Of a DNA stretch of 64,000 nt, positions 52,263 to 61,202 are shown piece by piece (positions within the stretch are counted from its first letter, which is position 1; every line of letters starts with the position of its first letter). A model generated the notes under the pieces. That model saw nothing but the letters and a program-made list of their open reading frames with translations. It was not told the origin of the DNA and did not search any database. This DNA is from Pirellulales bacterium (GTDB taxonomy: Bacteria; Planctomycetota; Planctomycetia; Pirellulales; UBA1268): NCBI GenBank assembly GCA_044376405.1, contig JBILKZ010000001.1:24214-88213 (forward strand). The letters are read 5' to 3'. Position numbers and translations under genes: made by a program.

Positions 52263-53447
52263 TCACCGTCTCCAGAGAACCTGCAACGAGAGGCCGAGGC
52301 CGGGATCGTAGCGGACCACGTCGGTGCGGCCCGACGAGAAATTCGTGCCCTGAAAGAGCGTGCGGTCAAACAGATACGAGACCATCGCCTCCACCGCGAA
52401 ACCGCGTCCGAGTACCCGCTCGAGCCCCACGGCGGCACGCTGGTCGAACACGTAGAACCGTTCGTCGTCCTGCAGCCGGTCGGCCAGGAAATAGATCTCG
52501 GTGTCGGTCCGGTAGAAGGCCAGGAACGACAGTCCCTCGGCGAGCCGACGGCGAGCGACGGCGTTGACGTTGACCAATGGAAAATAGTTGACGGAGAAGG
52601 TCCAGTCGTCGGTGGGCCGCCACTCGATCGACGGTGGCAGGCCGATCTTGGCCTCGAAGCGCTCATCGGGTCGCCAGACGTAGGCGATGCCCGGCAGCGG
52701 ATAGGGAAGTTGCGATGTCGGCGAGTAAAAGAGGCTGAAGTTCCATTCGTCGCGGTCGTTTCGGGCCGGCCGTGTGTAAAAGCCGACTGCCATCAGCGTG
52801 AGATCGCGGCCTGCGGCATAGGGACGATCGCTCGCCGATCCGAAGAGAAACGTGCCGCCGATATTGCCCCCGTCGTCGAGCGGACGGCTGTGCATGAAGC
52901 CGGTCTCGACCAACCAGAGCTGGTCGGGCACGGGCTGCCCGGAGTCTGGGAGCATCGCGTCGGTGGCGATTTCGAGCCGACCGAATTTGCCGATGCCGAT
53001 CCAGAGCGGCTTGCCTTCGGCAGGGACCGCCAGAGGCGCGGCGACGCGGGCAAACTGCGCGTTCATCGAAAGCTCCGCCGGCTGACCGGCCACGTCCACC
53101 GCAGGTGCCCAGAAGCCGCCCATGGAGAAGGGGGCTGATCCACCGAACGGTCCGCCCGACTTCCGAGGCCGACTGCCGGGACGGGAAGCGGCGGGGTCGA
53201 CGTCGGAGAGCGGTTCGCTCGCGAAGTCGTCCTGCTCGAGGTTGAAGTCGATTGGTGGGAGAAGCGCGATCCTGGGATCGGCATAGGGACTGGCTGTAGG
53301 TGCGAGAGGCGCGGCTACGAGTGGCGCGGAGGCCGTGGAATCGACCGCTGGTAGAGATGGCCCCTCGGCGGCCACTGCCGGAGCGATTGCCAACAGGCCG
53401 GCGATAAGAAACCACTTCGCCACGAAACGCCACTCGGTAAAAAACAC
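52263..53447 (-). CDS. secreted hypothetical protein, possible outer-membrane beta-barrel
   Basis: 394 aa with a signal peptide (WFLIAGLLAIAPAVAAEG). The C-terminal two-thirds shows an alternating hydrophobic pattern and ends ...GLGLSLQVLWRR. Confidence 0.55.
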   Translation of the reverse strand: MFFTEWRFVAKWFLIAGLLAIAPAVAAEGPSLPAVDSTASAPLVAAPLAPTASPYADPRIALLPPIDFNLEQDDFASEPLSDVDPAASRPGSRPRKSGGPFGGSAPFSMGGFWAPAVDVAGQPAELSMNAQFARVAAPLAVPAEGKPLWIGIGKFGRLEIATDAMLPDSGQPVPDQLWLVETGFMHSRPLDDGGNIGGTFLFGSASDRPYAAGRDLTLMAVGFYTRPARNDRDEWNFSLFYSPTSQLPYPLPGIAYVWRPDERFEAKIGLPPSIEWRPTDDWTFSVNYFPLVNVNAVARRRLAEGLSFLAFYRTDTEIYFLADRLQDDERFYVFDQRAAVGLERVLGRGFAVEAMVSYLFDRTLFQGTNFSSGRTDVVRYDPGLGLSLQVLWRR

Positions 53448-53570
53448 GCCGCAGGTCGTCGGGAGTGGATACCGGTTTCCGGCGACGGACGAAACCCCAA
53501 CTGGGAAAGCTGGGGGGCGAGGGTGAAGTGAAGCGAGGGAAGCGAATGCCAGCGAGAACGTGCAGTCGGC

Positions 53571-53993
53571 CTATCGCTTCGGCTTCCCGGCATCCTCGGG
53601 CACGACGATGTCGAGCGTGGCCTTGCCCTTGGGGATTTCCGTCTTGAAGGTGTAGCGAGGGAAGAGTGGCACGGGAAATTCCTTATCCGGAGGTTGCTCA
53701 AATCCTTCCACGTCCACGATCACCGGCCCGCTCACGGCGCCAAACTCGGGCCGCGATGTGAAGACGCCCTTGATGATGCTCGACCGACACTGCGGCCCCT
53801 TGTTGCCCTGCGAGGCGTCGGGCTCGATATACACGTTGCCCATCGGCACGGGGCTGCCCTTGAAGGTCACCCGGCCGGTCACCGGCGTCAGGCCGTTGGA
53901 CTTCTGGCAGCCGCCGACGATTGCCAGGGCGAGAGCGAGGCCTGCCACGATGCCGATCGACCCGCACAGGTGGGATGACCGCGACGCCATCAT
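53571..53993 (-). CDS. small lipoprotein (Ig/transthyretin-like), partner of DUF1559
   Basis: MMASRSSHLCGSIGIVAGLALALAIVGGC lipobox, then TPVTGRVTFKGSPVPMGNVY. The ATG overlaps the DUF1559 stop (ATGA at 53990-53993). The rest of the track ORF (to 54497) is out of context. Confidence 0.7.
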   Translation of the reverse strand: MMASRSSHLCGSIGIVAGLALALAIVGGCQKSNGLTPVTGRVTFKGSPVPMGNVYIEPDASQGNKGPQCRSSIIKGVFTSRPEFGAVSGPVIVDVEGFEQPPDKEFPVPLFPRYTFKTEIPKGKATLDIVVPEDAGKPKR

Positions 53994-55081
53994 GGGTTGT
54001 AGCCGCCCGCGTTGCCGTCGGCTCGCGAGCCGAGCCGACGGTAAAGATTGATGTCGATCATCTGTGACACAAACTGCACGCTGCCATCGGCGAAGGCGAC
54101 GTTGCAGCCGCCGGGATGGTAGCTGCCGAAGGTCTTCCCCATCTCGCCACTGCATATGGTCGAGCCGCAGCCAGATGCCGGAGCGGCGAAGGTGTCGACG
54201 AAGTCGGACGAGTTGATGCCGTTGATGGCAGCGGCCGTCGTGGAGTGTGAACCGACGAAAGTCCCTTGGCGAGACGTTCCGGCCCATGATGGCCGGCTGA
54301 CGCGGCCCACCCAGAACGATCCAGCCGAGGAGATCGCCCACGCCTGCTCCGACTCCAGTGTGTATTGATACCGGGTCTCGGCGAGCATGAACTGCTTCGA
54401 GGTCCCATCCGTGATGTCTTTTGGGCTGATCGATCCGTTGACGACGATCGCACCGTTGCTGAAGAAGTTTTGATTGCCGTAATAGCCCGTGCACCACTGG
54501 TAGCCATCGCTCGGCTTCTTCCCGGCGGGCGGGGCGGTGGCCAGACCTCCTCCCGAGACACCGAAGTAGTCGGTGTTTGGGGTCGTGGGCAGGCTATTCT
54601 TGTGGGAGGGGCACTGGTAGGCGTTGTTGGGTGTGTAGGCCTGGGTCTTGTTCGCCGCCGGGTAGCCCCCGAAATCGCCGCCAAACGATCCCGCCGTCTG
54701 ATTGAACTTGTCGTAGCGGGATTGGTCCTCGCAAAACGGCAGGATCCGCACGGTCCAGGGCGCGGTCATGGCAGAGGGGCCGATGGTGCCGGAGTTGGCG
54801 AGATAGACGTCAGTGGGTTTCACGAACCCTGAGTCGGTGAAGGCTGGCGGCAGCATGCGGTAGCCGCTCTCGTAGTTGAGGCAGCCCTTGGCGAGCTGGC
54901 TGAGCTTGTTCAGGCAGGTCGCCCGACGGCCACTCTCCCGCGCCGCCTGCACCGCCGGCAGCAGCAGGCCAACGAGCGTGCCGATGATCGCGATCACGAC
55001 GAGGAGTTCGACCAGCGTGAACGCCGTCCGGCGGAGGCTTGGAGCCAGAAAACGTACGGGAACCGCGGTGACACCGGGCAT
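53990..55081 (-). CDS. DUF1559 domain protein with prepilin-type N-terminal methylation motif
   Basis: ATG 55081. [43 protein letters not shown] and the C-terminal HPGGCNVAFADGSV. Confidence 0.9.
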   Translation of the reverse strand: MPGVTAVPVRFLAPSLRRTAFTLVELLVVIAIIGTLVGLLLPAVQAARESGRRATCLNKLSQLAKGCLNYESGYRMLPPAFTDSGFVKPTDVYLANSGTIGPSAMTAPWTVRILPFCEDQSRYDKFNQTAGSFGGDFGGYPAANKTQAYTPNNAYQCPSHKNSLPTTPNTDYFGVSGGGLATAPPAGKKPSDGYQWCTGYYGNQNFFSNGAIVVNGSISPKDITDGTSKQFMLAETRYQYTLESEQAWAISSAGSFWVGRVSRPSWAGTSRQGTFVGSHSTTAAAINGINSSDFVDTFAAPASGCGSTICSGEMGKTFGSYHPGGCNVAFADGSVQFVSQMIDINLYRRLGSRADGNAGGYNP

Positions 55082-55326
55082 GACGACCCCCCCAATCCAG
55101 CTGAAAGCTTGCGAAAAGCGTGCGGACGACCGTCTGCAACGACGATCTCTCAAAGAGTTATGTCGGCGGGACGCGGAATTTACCGATCCGGTTTCAAAAA
55201 GTTTCCCTGGCAGGTCTGCCTGGGGAAAACGTGGCTTCTCAGATCCCTTGCTTGCACTGTGGACTTGGAGGGGGGGTGGGTGCCATGCAAGCCCGACGCG
55301 CGAGCGCGGGAATCCGGGTTAGACTC

Positions 55327-55896
55327 ATGGGCATGGCTGCTTTCATCCCGGATCCCACGCCTGACAGTCAGCCCGACCGGCAGGCCGTATTCGTCGCCCT
55401 GCTCACCGGCAGCCATGGTCGGCTGCTGGGATACCTGATGTCGCTTTTGGGCCGCCGGCATGATGCCGAGGACGTGCTCCAGAAGGCGAGTGTGACGATG
55501 TGGCAGAAGTTCGATACGTTCGAACTCGGCACTGATTTTCTGGCTTGGTCGTCGACCGTCTGCTTCTACGAGGCGAAGAACTTCCAGCGACTTTCGGCCC
55601 GGGCCCCACTCTGCTTCGACGACCGGCTGCTCGCCGTACTGGCCTCCGAGCGGCTGGCTGATCTTGGACACCGGGAAGAACGCCTCGCCGCACTCGAGCT
55701 CTGCCTGCAGAAGGTGCCCGAGAAGGACCGGTTGCTCCTGCAGGCGGCCTACATCGACGGGCAGGGAATCGCCAGCCTGGCCGAGCAACTCGGCCGCGCC
55801 CCGCAGACGCTCTACAACCGGCTGAATATCCTCCGTCGGTCGTTAGCAGAATGCGTGGAGAGACGGCTGGCGGACGGGGCTGTGGGAGCGGGGTAG
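55327..55896 (+). CDS. RNA polymerase ECF-type sigma factor
   Basis: ATG 55327. Region 2 (DAEDVLQKASVTMWQKFDTFELGTDFLAWSSTVCFYEAKNF) and region 4 (LLQAAYIDGQGIASLAEQLGRAPQTLYNRLNILRRSL). Confidence 0.85.
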   Translation: MGMAAFIPDPTPDSQPDRQAVFVALLTGSHGRLLGYLMSLLGRRHDAEDVLQKASVTMWQKFDTFELGTDFLAWSSTVCFYEAKNFQRLSARAPLCFDDRLLAVLASERLADLGHREERLAALELCLQKVPEKDRLLLQAAYIDGQGIASLAEQLGRAPQTLYNRLNILRRSLAECVERRLADGAVGAG

Positions 55897-55990
55897 CCGC
55901 TGTTTCCAGAGATCACGGCGGTAAAAAACAGGGTCTGGCGACATACAACGGTGAAACGTTCACGCCGATTTCCCAACCCCGAGCGACCTC

Positions 55991-57010
55991 ATGCCCCAGC
56001 AGCCCTCTGGATCCGATGGGTCCTTCGACCAGCCCCGCCTCCACGATCTCATCAGCCGCCAGGCCGACGGCCTGATCACGCCTGAGGAGCACCGTGAACT
56101 GGCTGCGGCGTTGGAGGCCGATCCCGCGGCGCGGCGGCTGTGGTTTCTCAGGAACGACATCGAGTTGGGGCTCGCCACCAGTGCGGAGCAGAGCCGTAGC
56201 GAAATTGTCGTGCCGGATCGCGTGGCCACTGCCTTGGCCGAGCGGCCACGGGCGGCAGCCATCGCCGGGGTCACGGTGGCATTGGCTGGCATTGCCGTCG
56301 GTGTCTTCGGTGCTTCGGCGGTCTGGGCCTTGTCGGTGCCCGGGCCGGGCGCGGCTGGCACGACGATCCCCGTGCTCGCCGAGAGCTTCGAAAGCGGTCA
56401 GGCCAAGACGGTGCCGGGCCTGCCCCGCGGGCGCACCGATCCCGATGGCGACATCTGGCGGGGCGACGAGGCGCGGGTCGTGATGGCGATGCAAGAGAGT
56501 GAGCCGGCGTCTGGTAGCCGGATGCTCCGTTTCGAACGCGCGACGCACGCCGGCGAAAATTCGCCGAAGAGTGCCTGGAGTGACGTCTACCGGCTCGTCG
56601 ATGCGCGTTCGTACATTCTCATGGCCGAAGGCAGGCCGGTGACGGCGCGGCTGGCGGCAGACTTTTCGATGGCGGCCGACGCCTGCGGGCCAGATGAAAA
56701 ATATTCGGCGAGTGTGCGGTTCTACGCCTTTGATCGGGACATCTCCCATGCCCCCAATCCGCTCCCACTCGAATGGGTCTACGAAAATTCCGTGGCCTCC
56801 GGGATGAAGAGGGTGCCGCTCGAATGCGGGCAGCGGGGCTGGCAGCGAGTGACGGTCGATGCCTCGCTGCCTCCCGAAGCGAAGTTTGTGCTGCTCCATG
56901 TGTCGGCGGTGCGTGACTACCCCAAGCCGACGAGTGAGCCGGCGGTCTTCGCGGGGCATTTCGTGGACGACGTCAACCTCGAACTCTTCGTGGGGAGCCA
57001 GCGGCAGTGA
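55991..57010 (+). CDS. putative anti-sigma factor / sigma-associated membrane protein
   Basis: N-terminal LISRQADGLITPEEHRELAAALEADPAARRLW (anti-sigma-like helix) and one TM helix (AIAGVTVALAGIAVGVFGA). Follows the ECF sigma gene and overlaps the next gene by 4 nt. Confidence 0.55.
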   Translation: MPQQPSGSDGSFDQPRLHDLISRQADGLITPEEHRELAAALEADPAARRLWFLRNDIELGLATSAEQSRSEIVVPDRVATALAERPRAAAIAGVTVALAGIAVGVFGASAVWALSVPGPGAAGTTIPVLAESFESGQAKTVPGLPRGRTDPDGDIWRGDEARVVMAMQESEPASGSRMLRFERATHAGENSPKSAWSDVYRLVDARSYILMAEGRPVTARLAADFSMAADACGPDEKYSASVRFYAFDRDISHAPNPLPLEWVYENSVASGMKRVPLECGQRGWQRVTVDASLPPEAKFVLLHVSAVRDYPKPTSEPAVFAGHFVDDVNLELFVGSQRQ

Positions 57011-58344
57011 TGCGACTGATTCAACATTCCACGATGAACGCGGGCTCGGTGATGTCACGGCGTGGGTTGCTCCGCGGTGTGGGCGCGGCCGTCGCCCTGC
57101 CGTGGCTTGAGTCACTCGGCCCGCATCTGCGCCGCGGTGTAGCGTCGGAGCCCGTCGCTGCCGGTGGCGATGCAGGAGCACCGCCGCGACGGATGGTCTG
57201 CGTGATGGTGAACACTGGCATCATTCCAGAAAACTTTTTTCCCAAGGACCCAGGCCGCGACTACCAGCCGAGCCCCTATCTCGAGCCGTTTGGAGACCTG
57301 CGCAACGATTTCACGGTCTTGAGCGGCGTGTCGCATCCGGACGTGACTGGCGGCCACTGTGGCGAACAGGTGTTTCTCACGGGGGCTCGCGACCCGCGGA
57401 GCGTGACCTTCCGGAACTCGATCTCGGTCGATCAATTCGCCGCCGAGCAGCTCGGCAACACCACACGGTTTCAGTCGCTGGTCTTGGCAGTGGGCGAGCG
57501 GCACGACGGTCTCCTCTCCGTGACGAGAGACGGCGTCTTCATCCCCACCGAGCAGCAGCCCTCGGAGGTCTATCGAAGACTCTTCCTGGCCGATACGGCC
57601 GAGCAGTCGACCCGCCGGCTAGCGGAGATCGAACGCGGCGCGAGCATCCTCGACTTCGTGCTCGACAAGGCGCGGCCGCTGGCTCAGTCGTTGCCCGCCA
57701 CCGACCGGCAGCGGCTCGACCAGTATTTCACGAGCGTGCGTGAACTCGAGCAACGGTTCGACCATGCCAAGGCATGGCAGGCCCGCCCCAAGCCGGCCGT
57801 GGGCGAAGCTCAGCCCAAGGACATCCCCGACCGCGCCCAGATGGTCGAGCGGATGGAACTGATGTATGCGATGACGAGGCTCGCGCTCGAGACCGACAGC
57901 ACCCGGTTCGTCACGCTCTATCTCAATCCTCTCGAGATCACGCCCAAGCTCCCCGGCGTGAGCAACCGCACGCATTCCCTCACGCACCACGGCAACGAAC
58001 CGGAGAAGCTGGCCGAACTGCGGCGGATCGACGAGGCGGGCCTGGGGGCGCTGGCCGGATTCCTCCAGGGGCTTGCCGATGTGAACGAAGGGAACGGCCG
58101 GCTCCTTGACAACTCGATGGTGCTCTTCGGATCGAACATGAGCAACGGCAACGCCCACCTGAATACCAACCTGCCGATCCTGCTGGCCGGCGGCGGCTTC
58201 AGGCACGGCCAGCATCTGGCATTCGACCAGAAAAATAACCTGCCACTCGCGAACGTGTTTGTGTCGATGCTGCAGCGGCTTGGCCTCGAGACCGACGCGT
58301 TTTCGTCGAGCACGGGCACGGTCACGGGTCTGGAGATGGTGTAG
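57007..58344 (+). CDS. DUF1552 domain-containing protein
   Basis: Tat-like signal SRRGLLRGVGAAVALPWLESL, plus ...NRTHSLTHHGNE... and ...LPILLAGGGFRHGQHL typical of DUF1552. Paired with the following DUF1592-type gene. Confidence 0.85.
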   Translation: MMRLIQHSTMNAGSVMSRRGLLRGVGAAVALPWLESLGPHLRRGVASEPVAAGGDAGAPPRRMVCVMVNTGIIPENFFPKDPGRDYQPSPYLEPFGDLRNDFTVLSGVSHPDVTGGHCGEQVFLTGARDPRSVTFRNSISVDQFAAEQLGNTTRFQSLVLAVGERHDGLLSVTRDGVFIPTEQQPSEVYRRLFLADTAEQSTRRLAEIERGASILDFVLDKARPLAQSLPATDRQRLDQYFTSVRELEQRFDHAKAWQARPKPAVGEAQPKDIPDRAQMVERMELMYAMTRLALETDSTRFVTLYLNPLEITPKLPGVSNRTHSLTHHGNEPEKLAELRRIDEAGLGALAGFLQGLADVNEGNGRLLDNSMVLFGSNMSNGNAHLNTNLPILLAGGGFRHGQHLAFDQKNNLPLANVFVSMLQRLGLETDAFSSSTGTVTGLEMV

Positions 58345-61106
58345 TGGTGCGCCTGCTCGCCGCTGCCGTGCTGGTGGTGCACGCCACATTGGCTGTGACT
58401 GCACCGGCAGCGGGGGCCACGGTGCCGGTGCCATCGCGGGCCTTCATCGACCAGCACTGCGTCTCCTGTCACGATGCCGACACGAAGGAAGGCGGCCTCG
58501 ACCTTACGGCCCTCACTTTCGACGCTGCTCCTGTCGCGGCCGGCGGGAGTGAGGGCGCTCACGAGACGTTCCGCGATCCGTTCCATACCTGGGTTCGCGT
58601 GCACGACCGGATTGCCGCCGGTGAGATGCCGCCAGCGGGTGAAGACCGACCGGCCGAGGCCGACATCGCGGCCATTACGACCGCGCTCGACCGCTGGCTC
58701 ATCGCGACGGAAGCAGAGCGGATCGCCGTCGCGGGCCGCGCTCTCTACCGCCGGCTCACGGCGCAGGAATACGAGTCGGCACTCCGTGATCTCCTGGCGC
58801 TGCCGGATTTATCGATACGGCGGCAGCTGCCGGCGGACGATTTTCGCCATGGTTACGAAAAGCTGGGGGAATCGCTCGACCTGTCGCCCGTGCATGTCGC
58901 GGAATACATGGACGCGGCCGAGGCGGCCCTGCGGCAGGCGGTGGCCACGCGGGCCGCACCACCGCCTGTCTATCGCAAGCGGGTCTATCCCACGCAGATC
59001 ACCGAGACATGGAACTGGCTGGCTCGTGGCGACGCGGTGCTCTTGAAGGACAAGCAGCACGATCCGTATCTGCCGCTGCCCGATCCCGAGCGAAACGCCT
59101 TCAACGGTCCGGAACGCGAGGCCAGGGGCAAGATCGTCGACGCCCTCAAACTGCGGGACTACGAGGGCACGGTGGGCGTGTTCTCTGGACCGGTTGACAG
59201 CGACTGGCGTTTCCCGCTTCATTTCGCGCCGGTGCATGCCGGCCGCTACCGAGTGCGGCTCTCTGCTTGGAGCTTCCTGTGGAACCAGGGCCGCGTCGAG
59301 CCGGCGCCGCGCACGGAAAGCTTCATGCTCTCACTCTGGCTGCCGGAGCCGGGGCCACGGTATCCGCAGAGTCCTGCACGGACACTCGGCATGTTCGACG
59401 CGCCGTCGATCGAGCCGCGGGTGCACGACATCACCCGCTGGATGGAGGCGGACGAAGAACTACTCTTCGAGGTGGGCACGCTGACTGGCTTCGGCAAGGG
59501 GATCGGCCGCTGGGTCTCGCAGGAGAAGGGGAGCACGTCCGCCTATATCGGTCCCGGCATCGCCATCGACTGGCTGGAGGTGGAGGGGCCGCTGCACGAG
59601 TCGTGGCCACCCGAGAGCCATCAGCGGCTGTTCGCCGATCTGCCGATCGTGCCGTTCGATGCGAAGACGGGCGGTCGGCCCCCGCACCGCGATCCCGTGA
59701 AGCAGATCGTCGGCCATGCCTTTCCCTCGAATCGGGAGCTGACAAAAGACGACACGGCTCCGCCGCTGGTCTCGGTGGCTACGAGCGATCCTGAGGCCGA
59801 TGCCACCCGACTGCTCGCCGGCTTCATGCCGCGGGCCTTCCGCCGAGACGTGAAGCCCACGGAAGTGGAGAGCTATGCAGCCTTGGTCACGGCGAGGTTG
59901 GCCGCCGGCGACTGCTTCGAAGACGCGATGATCCATGCCTACAAGGCGGTGCTCTGCTCCCACGATTTTCTGTTTGTAAACGCGCCGCGGCAGGCTGACG
60001 GCAGCGGTGACGACGGCGACTTCAAATCGCACCGCCGGCTCACACCCGAGGGCCTTGCCACGAGGCTTTCTCTCTGGCTCTGGGACTCGCTGCCCGACGA
60101 GAAGCTCCTCGCGGCTGCGCGGAGTGGGGCCCTCGACGAACCGGCCACGCTCGCCGTAGAGATGGACCGCATGATCGGCGATTCAAAGTTCGACCGCTTC
60201 GTGTCGCGGTTTCTCGAGCAGTGGCTCGACCTCCGCAAACTCGACGACACGCAGCCCGATCGCCGCATGTATCCGGAATACCGGCACATCCTCCGCGCAA
60301 GCATGGCGGAGGAGTCGCGGGCTTTCTTCAAGGAACTGTTGAGCCGCGATCTCCCCGTGACGAACATCGTCGCCAGCGAGTTTGCCATGCTGAATCGGAC
60401 ACTGGCCGATCATTATGGCATCCCGGGCGTGGAGGGCTGCGAATTGCGGCGAGTGCCGCTGCCACCACATGCGCTCCGCGGCGGGCTCATCACGCAGGCG
60501 AGCGTACTCAAGGTGACGGCCAACGGCACGACGACATCGCCGGTTCCCCGCGGCGTGTTTTTCATGGAACGGTTTCTCGGGGCCACGATCCCGCCGCCAC
60601 CGGGGAGCGTGAAAGCGATTGATCCCGACACGCGTGGAGCGACGACGATCCGCGAGCAGCTGGCAAAGCACTCGAGCGATACCTCATGCGCCGCTTGCCA
60701 TCGGATGATGGATCCGCCCGGCTTCGCGCTCGAGAGCTTCGACGTGATCGGCGGCCGGCGGGACCGCTATCGCACGTTTGGCGGCGGTGATGCAGCTGGC
60801 GTGGAATTTGTCGCGGGCTGGAAGCCTGGCTATCGGCTAGGAAAGCCGGTCGATCCGAGTGGCCAACTGGCCGACGGCCGATCGTTTGCCGACATCGATG
60901 GGCTCCGCGGGCTGCTGCTCGCCGATCCCGACGCACTCGCCCGGTCGTTTGTGAAACAGGTCCTCATGTATGCGACAGGCACCGACATCCACTATTCCGA
61001 CCGCCTCGCGATCGAGCGGATCGTGGCCGCGTCGCGGGAGCATGGGCACGGGGTCCGCAGCCTTTTGCACGAGATCGCCTCGAGCCGATTATTTCGCGGC
61101 AAGTGA
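58344..61106 (+). CDS. DUF1592/DUF1588/DUF1587/DUF1585/DUF1595 multidomain protein with cytochrome-c-type motifs
   Basis: 920 aa. N-terminal FIDQHCVSCHDADTKEGGLDL, C-terminal CAACHRMMDPPGFALESFD. This is the canonical partner of DUF1552. Confidence 0.85.
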   Translation: MVRLLAAAVLVVHATLAVTAPAAGATVPVPSRAFIDQHCVSCHDADTKEGGLDLTALTFDAAPVAAGGSEGAHETFRDPFHTWVRVHDRIAAGEMPPAGEDRPAEADIAAITTALDRWLIATEAERIAVAGRALYRRLTAQEYESALRDLLALPDLSIRRQLPADDFRHGYEKLGESLDLSPVHVAEYMDAAEAALRQAVATRAAPPPVYRKRVYPTQITETWNWLARGDAVLLKDKQHDPYLPLPDPERNAFNGPEREARGKIVDALKLRDYEGTVGVFSGPVDSDWRFPLHFAPVHAGRYRVRLSAWSFLWNQGRVEPAPRTESFMLSLWLPEPGPRYPQSPARTLGMFDAPSIEPRVHDITRWMEADEELLFEVGTLTGFGKGIGRWVSQEKGSTSAYIGPGIAIDWLEVEGPLHESWPPESHQRLFADLPIVPFDAKTGGRPPHRDPVKQIVGHAFPSNRELTKDDTAPPLVSVATSDPEADATRLLAGFMPRAFRRDVKPTEVESYAALVTARLAAGDCFEDAMIHAYKAVLCSHDFLFVNAPRQADGSGDDGDFKSHRRLTPEGLATRLSLWLWDSLPDEKLLAAARSGALDEPATLAVEMDRMIGDSKFDRFVSRFLEQWLDLRKLDDTQPDRRMYPEYRHILRASMAEESRAFFKELLSRDLPVTNIVASEFAMLNRTLADHYGIPGVEGCELRRVPLPPHALRGGLITQASVLKVTANGTTTSPVPRGVFFMERFLGATIPPPPGSVKAIDPDTRGATTIREQLAKHSSDTSCAACHRMMDPPGFALESFDVIGGRRDRYRTFGGGDAAGVEFVAGWKPGYRLGKPVDPSGQLADGRSFADIDGLRGLLLADPDALARSFVKQVLMYATGTDIHYSDRLAIERIVAASREHGHGVRSLLHEIASSRLFRGK

Positions 61107-61202
61107 CGGTGGCGGGTTTGTGTCTCCGTCATATCATGGCGATAGTATTGTGTGTCGATAACGCCCCTCGGGTTGTCCCTGCCGTATGAGGAGTTGCAAC
61201 GC

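Noticed and set aside
53994-54497. Upstream 168 codons of the ORF 53571-54497
   Set aside because: They lie inside the DUF1559 gene (53990-55081) in another frame. The lipoprotein signal peptide and the ATGA coupling identify 53993 as the real start.
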